From Phycisphaerales bacterium (lineage in GTDB: Bacteria; Planctomycetota; Phycisphaerae; SM23-33), in contig JABGPF010000007.1 of NCBI GenBank assembly GCA_018645065.1, positions 1 to 44,615 of the forward strand: a stretch of DNA of 44,615 nt. Direction: 5' to 3'. The notes beneath the pieces are model-generated. The model searched no databases and was not told where the DNA came from. It worked only from the letters and a program-made list of their open reading frames with translations. A program made the position numbers and the translations under genes. Position 1 is the first letter of the stretch; each line of letters starts with the position of its first letter. Positions 18,284-26,500 of this stretch are shown here, one piece after another.

Positions 18284-18406
18284 CGACACAGAGACTCAGA
18301 GGCTCAGAGAACGGCAAGGGCAACGGCGTTTTTTTTGTTACGGCGAAAAAACGACAACAGAGATATTTGCCGTTGCCGTTCTCTGAGCTTCTGAGTCTCT
18401 GTGTCG
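18284..18406 (-). terminator. Long nested hairpin immediately downstream of the 18423-21512 gene; putative terminator or structured repeat
   Basis: CGACACAGAGACTCAGAGGCTCAGAGAACGGCAAGGGCAACGGC (18284-18327) pairs with GCCGTTGCCGTTCTCTGAGCTTCTGAGTCTCTGTGTCG (18369-18406). An inner CGTTTTTT/AAAAAACG hairpin sits in the loop. Confidence 0.5.
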
Positions 18407-18422
18407 AAAAGCGGTTTATCTG

Positions 18423-21400
18423 TTAATCACTTCCGACGCCCGGTTTGATGTCCCACACCCCGTTCTCCACGACAACGAAGCTCGACACCGGTTCGCTGAA
18501 TCTATAGTCCTCGGAGCTAACGTATTCCTTACGCACATAGTGTGCTTCGTAGGTGACACCGATGTAGGAGTTGCGTTTTATTTCCTGGGCTGGCTGCACT
18601 ATTTTGGTGCTCGAGAACTTTAACACCGCCTCGTGATCGACCCACAAAATTATAACTTCTCTCTTGCTGCTGTTACGCAGCGTTACCGGGCGATATGCCC
18701 CACCTTTGGGCGATGCGACGCGCGTGATCACCCGTGAAACCTTCAGCCGCGGAAAGTGGGTTTTGAACTTGGCGATCGCATCGGACGATATCCCGGACTC
18801 CTGGGTGATGAGCATCGACTTCAGGCCGGGGATCTTCTTGAACGTTTCGGTCGCCTTGATGAACGCCTTGTCGCCGCCGGTCCATTCGCGCCCGATCAGT
18901 ATGCTGCTAAGCTTATCCACGGTAACTGTCGCACTGCGCGTCGGCCTGAAGTTCACGACTCCCCCGAGCCGCGAGATCTCCATCGCCGCCAGCTTCTCAC
19001 CGCTGCTCATCTGTGACGACTGCAACGCCTGGCCGAGTTCGTAAGAGATCCGCATATCGTTTTTACCCGCCCGCTTCATCGCATCGACCAGACGATACTC
19101 CTCCGGAGCCTCCGGCGCCAAACACACCGCCTGCCAGTGCAGCGGTTTTCCATTGGGACTCTGGGTCAACTCAATGGTAACCTTCTTGCCCGCATAATCG
19201 GCCAGTGAAAACGCCAACGCCGCCGGACGATTCCGCCAGACTTGTTTTATCGGAATGTTCCGCGGGAGAATCTTCCGCCCGTCGACCTGCAGGATTACGT
19301 CCTGGGGCTTGGGATCTTCACCGCCCGGTAGGCCCAACTGAACCGTTAACCACTTGTCATCCGGCGCGATGGTCATCTCCCGACGGAGTTTTACAGGCCG
19401 CTTTTCGGCTTGCAGCATTGTCCAGAAACGCGGATTTTCGCTGGCGGACTGTTTGTTGAAATAATTTGTCCATTTGTAAACCCCGCTTCGGTCCAGTACG
19501 AGTGTCCATTGGCCAGAGGCTCCGAACAGCTCGACGGTTTGTCTGCGGACCTGTTTCTGGAGTCCGGCGAGGTCCAGTTCGAGGCGTGGATCGAGCCAAT
19601 TTAGCTTATCTCGAATGTTCAACGGATCGGTTCCGGGCGTGGCGTTGCGATCGGCGGGATCGGCTTGGAGGACCAACAGTTTCGGGGCGCGGTTGGACGT
19701 TTGCAGGGCGACTAGACCAGTGTCGACGCATTTTTTCGAGCCGATCAGCAAGGGGCTTTCATAGGCGGGCTTGTTCTTCGTTGAGCCCAGGTGCAGTCGT
19801 GCTATTGCGCATCCTCCGGGCCCGGCTGCGGGATCTAACCCGACTTGTCCGCGAAATGCTTTTGCGCATGTCGGTATTGGGAAGCGCAGTTCGCTGTAGG
19901 CGTGTACGGCGAAGCCCCAGGCGTAATTTCGATCCCCGCCGATGAGCGGTCCGCCGGTGAAACTGCAATTGGTGCGATTTTGCAGCAGCGGGGGGTTGAT
20001 CGTCGATTCGGGCCTGATGATGCAGAGCGGAACTTGCGTTGGCGCTGACGACCATCGCATGCGAATGTTTCTAAATGGTATCCAAAGCGGGTCCAGGGTC
20101 CATACCGGTTGGATAATGTGTGACCAGGTGGCCCCTCCGTCTCGGGCCTGGGCAAGCTGCTTACGCATGAATTCCACACTCGCCAGAAACGCCTCATACC
20201 GCTGGGTGGCGCGATCCAGATTGCGTTTGGCTGACTCATTACCGGTTTTTCGATGCCTGGATCGAGATTCGCGCTGCGATGCTGTGGTCTGGAGTAACCT
20301 GTCCAGTGCTTTTTGCTTTTGTGTTACGCGCCGATCAAGCCGCTGGCGATCGTTTTTCAGCGCCTGTGCGTTACTTTTGCGCAGTTGCGCCTGCTGATTA
20401 GCAAGCGTTTTGCGTATCTGATCGCGCCTGTTTGGCGGCGCCTTACGCAAACGCTCCTCGACTTTGCGACTGGCTGACTCAAGCTTTCGCGCCAGTTCAT
20501 CACGTTTTTTTGCATGCTCGGCGTCGTTGCTCTTTTGCAGCGCGACGATGCTTGCCTTCATGTCGCTGATGCTCTTTTCGTGGGCTTTTTGTGCGGCTTG
20601 GAAATGCTTTGTCGCCTCGGCGAGTTGCTGGTTATAAGTGGCCTGGGCCTTATCGAACTCCTGCTGTGTTTTCGCTCGCCTGGCCTCAATGGCGCCAAGC
20701 TGACCGGTAAGATGTTTGCCCCGGGCCGCCACCGAGGCCTGCTGGGCGGGCGTTGTGTACTCAGCCACATCAAACCGCAACGCACTACTGGTTGCTATAA
20801 GCCCGTCTGTGGTCTCGATTCGCATTATCCGACTGCCGCAGTCGGGGCTCAGCACCGACAAGACCTGGTAATACGCCAACCACGGATCGATCTGCGGTAA
20901 GTGAATCTCCGATATTTCGGACATACGCACTTCGGACATACCGTCTTTCAGCAGCAGGACAACCGATTCGTTTCGCCATCGCAGGCGCCCGAACCGGACT
21001 TGCTTCCCGCTTAGATAATAAAGCGTGCCCGGTTGGAGCCGGCGCCGCATATCCGAACGGAAAACCACCCGCTCGATACGCTCGGGCAGAATGCGGAGAG
21101 CTGTTTGTACCTTAGCGCCCGCCCTGGTGAGCGGTTGGGTGAGTTTCGACGTCGGGGTAAACAGCAGATGTGTCGGGACATAGATTCCATCACCGGCGCC
21201 TACGCCTTCGATCCGCCCGACGATCCGATCTCCACCGACAAACTCGATATAGCTGTCGCTGTGTTTGGGGCTCCAGGTTTTAAGCGTACGGTTGGCAAGC
21301 CACCGTAACGGGCGTTTTGCGTCCAGAAGGGGCGTGTCGTCAAGGCGCGGTGAGATTGGTTTCCGCCCCCAACCGGTAACTTTTTCCCCGCAAAGTCTCG

Positions 21401-21512
21401 TCCCGTCTACAAACACCGCCTCATACCGCCCCGAACCGCCCGCCCCCAGCGCAGCGGTGCACAACAGCATGACGACAACAGGCAGACATTTGACGACGCT
21501 GAAGCTTTTCAT
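18423..21512 (-). CDS. Large secreted hypothetical protein with a long coiled-coil and an NPCBM-like domain
   Basis: Signal peptide from ATG 21512 (MKSFSVVKCLPVVVMLLCTAALGAGG); the ORF-track start at 21533 is a TTG. About 200 aa are charged and heptad-rich (QQEFDKAQATYNQQLAEATKHFQAAQKAHEKS...). NPCBM-like block: YAWGFAVHAYSELRFPIP..CKAFRGQVGLDPAAGPGGCAIARL. Confidence 0.85.
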   Translation of the reverse strand: MKSFSVVKCLPVVVMLLCTAALGAGGSGRYEAVFVDGTRLCGEKVTGWGRKPISPRLDDTPLLDAKRPLRWLANRTLKTWSPKHSDSYIEFVGGDRIVGRIEGVGAGDGIYVPTHLLFTPTSKLTQPLTRAGAKVQTALRILPERIERVVFRSDMRRRLQPGTLYYLSGKQVRFGRLRWRNESVVLLLKDGMSEVRMSEISEIHLPQIDPWLAYYQVLSVLSPDCGSRIMRIETTDGLIATSSALRFDVAEYTTPAQQASVAARGKHLTGQLGAIEARRAKTQQEFDKAQATYNQQLAEATKHFQAAQKAHEKSISDMKASIVALQKSNDAEHAKKRDELARKLESASRKVEERLRKAPPNRRDQIRKTLANQQAQLRKSNAQALKNDRQRLDRRVTQKQKALDRLLQTTASQRESRSRHRKTGNESAKRNLDRATQRYEAFLASVEFMRKQLAQARDGGATWSHIIQPVWTLDPLWIPFRNIRMRWSSAPTQVPLCIIRPESTINPPLLQNRTNCSFTGGPLIGGDRNYAWGFAVHAYSELRFPIPTCAKAFRGQVGLDPAAGPGGCAIARLHLGSTKNKPAYESPLLIGSKKCVDTGLVALQTSNRAPKLLVLQADPADRNATPGTDPLNIRDKLNWLDPRLELDLAGLQKQVRRQTVELFGASGQWTLVLDRSGVYKWTNYFNKQSASENPRFWTMLQAEKRPVKLRREMTIAPDDKWLTVQLGLPGGEDPKPQDVILQVDGRKILPRNIPIKQVWRNRPAALAFSLADYAGKKVTIELTQSPNGKPLHWQAVCLAPEAPEEYRLVDAMKRAGKNDMRISYELGQALQSSQMSSGEKLAAMEISRLGGVVNFRPTRSATVTVDKLSSILIGREWTGGDKAFIKATETFKKIPGLKSMLITQESGISSDAIAKFKTHFPRLKVSRVITRVASPKGGAYRPVTLRNSSKREVIILWVDHEAVLKFSSTKIVQPAQEIKRNSYIGVTYEAHYVRKEYVSSEDYRFSEPVSSFVVVENGVWDIKPGVGSD

Positions 21513-21695
21513 TAGCGCTGCGGTTCCCTTCAATCAACCGGCATGTAGACAAGCAGGCGGTAGGATAATCAAACCGCCGCGAGCCATTATTCCACACGCC
21601 AAGTAGATGCGTCAATCGTAATTCTCAGTACTCAGCGGTTGGTTCGCGGCTGGGGCGTAATAATCCGTTTCTGCTTCCGGTGGTGACAAAAGGTT

Positions 21696-21742
21696 ATATA
21701 TTATCTATAAAGCGAATAAAAACATTATAAAAGATAATATAT
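21696..21742. promoter_or_regulatory. AT-rich inverted repeat (putative HipB operator) upstream of hipBA, followed by an extended -10 box
   Basis: ATATATTATCT (21696-21706) and AGATAATATAT (21732-21742) form a perfect 11-bp inverted repeat separated by 25 bp. TGgTATAAT lies at 21762-21770. Confidence 0.4.
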
Positions 21743-21752
21743 TACCTTTAGT

Positions 21753-22088
21753 TTGTTCCGATGGTATAATATGGTTATGACTTCAGCGATTCTTACATTA
21801 TTGGGTCCAGGCGAGGTGGGCTTGCGGCTTGGCGGTCACGTAAAGGCATTGCGGTTGGACAGGGGGTGGACTCGTGACACCCTTGCCTCGCGCGCGGGCG
21901 TATCGTCGGCATCGCTTAAACGGTTTGAGACTACCGGAAAGGCCTCGCTCGAGCTGGTCTTAAAAACCGCCTGTGCGCTCGGTCGACTTGACGAGTTCGG
22001 TAAGTTACTTCAACCACCTCCTGCCGGAAGCATAGAAGAGCTCGAACGCCGCGCCGCCAAACCTGCTCCCAAGCGAGGCCGCATATGA
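21753..22088 (+). CDS. hipB: XRE-family HTH antitoxin (HipB-like)
   Basis: HTH: VKALRLDRGWTRDTLASRAGVSSASLKRFETTGKASLELVLKTACALG. Its stop overlaps the hipA ATG as ATGA (22085-22088). The true start is probably ATG 21771 or 21777 rather than the TTG at 21753. Confidence 0.85.
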   Translation: MFRWYNMVMTSAILTLLGPGEVGLRLGGHVKALRLDRGWTRDTLASRAGVSSASLKRFETTGKASLELVLKTACALGRLDEFGKLLQPPPAGSIEELERRAAKPAPKRGRI

Positions 22089-23302
22089 AAAAATTGGATG
22101 TTCAATTCACTCGCCAGCCCGGTGATTCGCTACTTGTTGGTGCTCTTGCCGAAGATCGCGGGCGGATATATTTTGAGTACCGCCCCGAGTTTATCGAGAC
22201 GGGCCTGAACCTTTCACCGTTTTATCTACCGTTTGAACCAGGACTTGTTGAACACACTGCTCGCGAGTTTGGTCCGCTTCCGGGTTTATTTGACGATTCT
22301 CTGCCCGACGGATGGGGCCTTCTGCTGATGGATCGTTATTTCCGTTCGCGGGGTTTGCATCCGGGCGAGGTTTCTGTACTCGATCGTCTGAGTTGGTTAG
22401 GTTCCAGAACTATGGGAGCTCTGACGTACCATCCGCCTGCGCAGCGTGATGATATTGACGCTAACTTGTTCGAACTGCACGAGTTGGCCCGTAACTCGCA
22501 AGAGATTTTCGAGGGCTCAGCGATTGATGTTTTACCTCAACTAATGCGGGCCGGTGGATCGCCTGGAGGCGTTCGCCCCAAGGTGTTGGTTGGTTTCGAT
22601 CCCGCAGGTGGTCGGATCGTGTCGGGTGAAGATGATCTGCCCGAAGGTTTTGAACATTGGATCGTAAAGTTCGCTGCCAGAGCAGACTCAACCGACGCCG
22701 GCGCCATCGAGTACGCGTATTCTCTAATGGCGGTCGAGGCGGGGATCGACATGCCCCCAACACGAATTTTCGAAACCGCACAGGGTGATCGTTTTTTCGG
22801 CGTTAAGCGGTTCGATCGCGATGGTAATCGGCGGATTCACGTTCACACTTTCGGAAACCTGATTCAGGTGAACTTCCGCATCCCGTCTGCAGACTACGCC
22901 GATCTGCTGAAAACAACATTAATACTTACGCGCAACTATCAGGATGTGTTGCGAGCGTATCGTCGAATGGTGTTTAACGTACTGGCCCACAATCGCGACG
23001 ATCACGTTAAGAACTTCGCCTTCGTTTTGGATCCAGTTGTCGGCCAGTGGACGCTGTCGCCAGCTTATGACCTGATGCACACCACAGGACCGGGCGGTGA
23101 GCACACAATGACACTGGCTGGAGAGGGCAAAAATCCCACCCGATCACATATGAATCAACTGGCCGTCCAGGCCGATATATCGCAAAAGGACGCCGATCGC
23201 ATCTTCAACGAAGTTCAACTGGCGACAAACAACTGGCCCGCACACGCCGCAGAGGCAGGCGTATCCAAAACCGGAGCTAATCTAAAATTTATGACGAATT
23301 AG
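22085..23302 (+). CDS. hipA: Type II toxin-antitoxin system HipA-family serine/threonine kinase toxin
   Basis: HipA N-terminal coupling motifs: GRIYFEYRPEF, LSPFYLP, DSLPDGWG. Kinase core: GGSPGGVRPKVLV, catalytic HNRDDHVKNFAF, LSPAYDL. Confidence 0.93.
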   Translation: MKKLDVQFTRQPGDSLLVGALAEDRGRIYFEYRPEFIETGLNLSPFYLPFEPGLVEHTAREFGPLPGLFDDSLPDGWGLLLMDRYFRSRGLHPGEVSVLDRLSWLGSRTMGALTYHPPAQRDDIDANLFELHELARNSQEIFEGSAIDVLPQLMRAGGSPGGVRPKVLVGFDPAGGRIVSGEDDLPEGFEHWIVKFAARADSTDAGAIEYAYSLMAVEAGIDMPPTRIFETAQGDRFFGVKRFDRDGNRRIHVHTFGNLIQVNFRIPSADYADLLKTTLILTRNYQDVLRAYRRMVFNVLAHNRDDHVKNFAFVLDPVVGQWTLSPAYDLMHTTGPGGEHTMTLAGEGKNPTRSHMNQLAVQADISQKDADRIFNEVQLATNNWPAHAAEAGVSKTGANLKFMTN

Positions 23303-23343
23303 CGGGTGTAAGCGAGGAGTCGCGTCAATTCACACCAAATGAC

Positions 23344-23371
23344 TTGATTTAATCAGAAAATGTGGTATCAT
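23344..23371 (+). promoter_or_regulatory. Putative sigma-70-type promoter of the megaprotein gene
   Basis: TTGATT (23344-23349), a 16-nt spacer, then TGgTATCAT ending at 23371. It sits about 145 nt upstream of ATG 23517. Recognised by pattern only. Confidence 0.3.
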
Positions 23372-23516
23372 TTGTGCGTGCAGATTGGGAGATGCAAATA
23401 GGGATCTGCATGGTTTTGGAGGAGTCTTATGCACAGCTCTGCTTCAAGATCGTCCATGTCGTGAATTTGTACGAATTTATGTGCGAGGTCGGGGTGAACC
23501 TCACTGGAGTTGTAAT

Positions 23517-26500
23517 ATGAGCAGACGTCATACTGACGGGGATAATAACCTTGTGCTTCTCGAGCAGCTTGAGCCTCGTTTGCTCCTGGCTGCTGATGTT
23601 ATTATCAGCGAGATCATGTATCAGGACTTTACCGACGTAGACAACAGTCTGCCTGAAGATTTCGGTGAAGAGTTTATCGAACTGTACAACCGTGGTGATG
23701 CGCCGGCAGACCTGCTCGGATGGCGGATTGACAGCGGTGTGGATTTTGACTTCCCCGACGTGACTATCGGAGCCGGTGAGTATCTGGTGATACCCGCTGA
23801 CCCGGATGTTTTCGCAACGAACTATCCTACGGTAACAAACTACATTAACGCCGGATGGACCGGGCATCTCAGCAATTCCGGTGAAACTATCGATCTACAG
23901 GACGAACTGGGCGTTACCGTTGATAAAGTGGATTACGCCGACGAAGGCGATTGGGCGGTTCGCCAGTGGGTCGCAGACGAGGCCTACGGGTTCGGGTACG
24001 ACTGGTCAGGCCTGCACGACGGAGGCGGGCACACTCTTGAGTTGATCAATCCGGCGATCACGAACAACAACGGGCAGAACTGGTCGGCCAGTCTTGTTGT
24101 CGGCGGCTCGCCCGGCGCGGTCAACAGCGTGTATGACGACAATATCGCACCGCTGATCAGCAAGGTCGGGCACACCCCGATTATTCCCACCGCTACTGAC
24201 GATGTGACGGTAGTGGCCAAAGTGCAAGACGAGCTTACTACCGGTTTAGTAGTCGAGCTGCACTATCGCGACGATGGTGATCCGGAGTTTACGACCGTTA
24301 CGATGTATGACGACGGTCTGCATAACGACGGTGATCTGGGCGACGGGATTTACGGTGTTGATCTGCCGGCTCGTCCTGACGGCACGATAGTGGAGTTTTA
24401 CGTTCAGGCGACCGATGCCGATTCGAACTCCCGAAACTGGCCAGGCCCGGTAACGGACAAGGGTCAGACCGCCAACTGTCTCTATCAGGTTGACGATAGC
24501 TTCACCGGCGACTGGACGCCCGGCGACCAACCGGTGTTCCGCGCGATTCTAACGGCGGTGGAGTGGGATGAACTCGACTGGATCGAGGATAATCAGCGCT
24601 GGTCCAATGCTGAGCGAAACGTCACGTTCGTAAGCGTTAACGGCGCCGGCGTCGATGTGATTTACCAAGCCGGGATGCGCAACCGCGGAAACGGCAGTCG
24701 CACCACAGTTCCGCACAACCAGCACATAAGCATACCCAGCGATGATCTGTGGAACGGTGTTCAGGACGTGACAATCAACGCGCGGGTCCCGCAGTCACAG
24801 GCTATCGGAAGCGCGGTTTTCCGCTACGCCGATATCGCCGCGATAGATACGATCCCGATCGAACTGCAGATCAACGGAACCAACTACGCACCGGGCAGCA
24901 GGTACTATCGGTATAACTGGCTCGAAGCGCTCGACGGCGACATGGCGGCCAATCACTGGCCCGACGATTCGTCCGGTGATTTGTACAAATGCAACGACTC
25001 AAACGGCGGTGGGACCGAAGCCGATCTGGATTATGACGGTGAGGATCCGGCGAATTATAATATTGCCTACGCCAAGCAGACCAATGTGGCCGTCGATGAT
25101 TATTCCGGCCTGATCAACATGCTTCAGGTGCTGAACCATGCACCGGCTGAGACATATCTCCAGGACGTCGCTGCGGTGGTTAACATCGATCAGTGGTTGC
25201 GTTTCCTTGCAGTCGATACGCTGTTGGCAAATGGTGAAGGTGGTCTTACAAGCGGGCGCGGCGACGACTACGCGATGTACCAGGGCGTGAACGATCCGCG
25301 GTTCGAACTGGTGCCTTACGATCTGGACACCGTATTGGGAACCGGAAGCCAAAGCCAAATTGGCGATAGTATATGGGACTATCGCGGTGCGGGTCTAAAT
25401 GGCTTAAGCCGTCTGCTCAGCCAGCCGGAAGTCATCCAAAAATACTACGCGGTGCTGCTGGAGCTTTGCGATACGGTGTTCTCGCCTGAGCAAATCGATC
25501 CGCTGATCGACGAAGTCCTGGGCGGATGGGTCACTGCCGGTGAAATCGAAGATATCAAGCAATTCGCAGTTGCGCGAGTGGCAAACGTTCGCGGGCAAGT
25601 GAACGATAACGTGCTTTCGGTAAGCAGCAGTCTTCCAACCAGCGGAGATTACCCGCGCACCACTAACGGGACCGTCGGTCTGACCGGAACCGCCAGCGGA
25701 GCCTATGTCCGATCGATCAAGGTCGACGGGAAACTTGCCGTCTGGGATCAGGAGGCCGGTACGTGGTACTTCGACGACGGCTCGTCCTCCTACCAGGAAC
25801 AGTTGCTGGTGAGTTCCGATTCCGGGGTCACTTATCACGTTCCAACAGCCGGCGACGATCCGCTGGCCTGGACGCAGGTCGCGTTTGACGATAGCGGTTG
25901 GGTTGACTCGATCAGCCTTGATGCAGCCGGATTGCTGATAACCGAACTTGGCACGGGCGACACGAAGTTTGTCGAGTTGCAGAACGTTTCGGACGCCGCG
26001 GTCGACACTACCGGATGGCGGGTGTTGCTGAACGATTCTTCAGGCGGGATTGACGCCGTTAACGCAACGGCATGGTCGCTACCGGCGTCGGTCGGGGCCA
26101 GCGAGGTGCTCTACCAGACCGACAGCGCAGCCGATAATTATTTGGGCGCGTCGATCGACTGGGCCGCCGAAGGACCCGGTTGGGTGATGATTATCGATGC
26201 CTCCGGTCAGGTGCGGGACTTCGCGGCGTGGGGTTACACCGCCGTCGAAATCGCAGCGATGGACATCAGCTTCGATACCTTTGCGAGCATTACTGTGGGC
26301 GATGAGTGGAGCGGCGATGGGGCGGCGGTAGGTACGGTGGGCCCGGGCGCCGAAGCGCCAACGGTCGACATAACCGACATCACGCCCGACCCGAACAATA
26401 CAATAATCGACGCGGTGGAAATCGTGTTCTCCAAAGCCGTCACCGGTTTCGAGATCGCCGATCTAACACTCACGCGCGACGGTGGGGCGAACCTGCTTAC

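Noticed and set aside
18177-18323. N-terminal 49-aa extension of the histidine kinase as given in the ORF track
   Set aside because: The extension is encoded by one arm of the 18284-18406 hairpin, and the opposite strand gives a near-mirror peptide. The internal ATG 18176 has a GAAGGA SD at proper spacing.
21534-23384. hipBA as part of a mobile genomic island or defence island
   Set aside because: No integrase, transposase, tRNA attachment site or flanking direct repeats are visible. Only the AT-rich promoter and an apparently lower GC3 hint at horizontal origin, so I claim only a stand-alone TA module.
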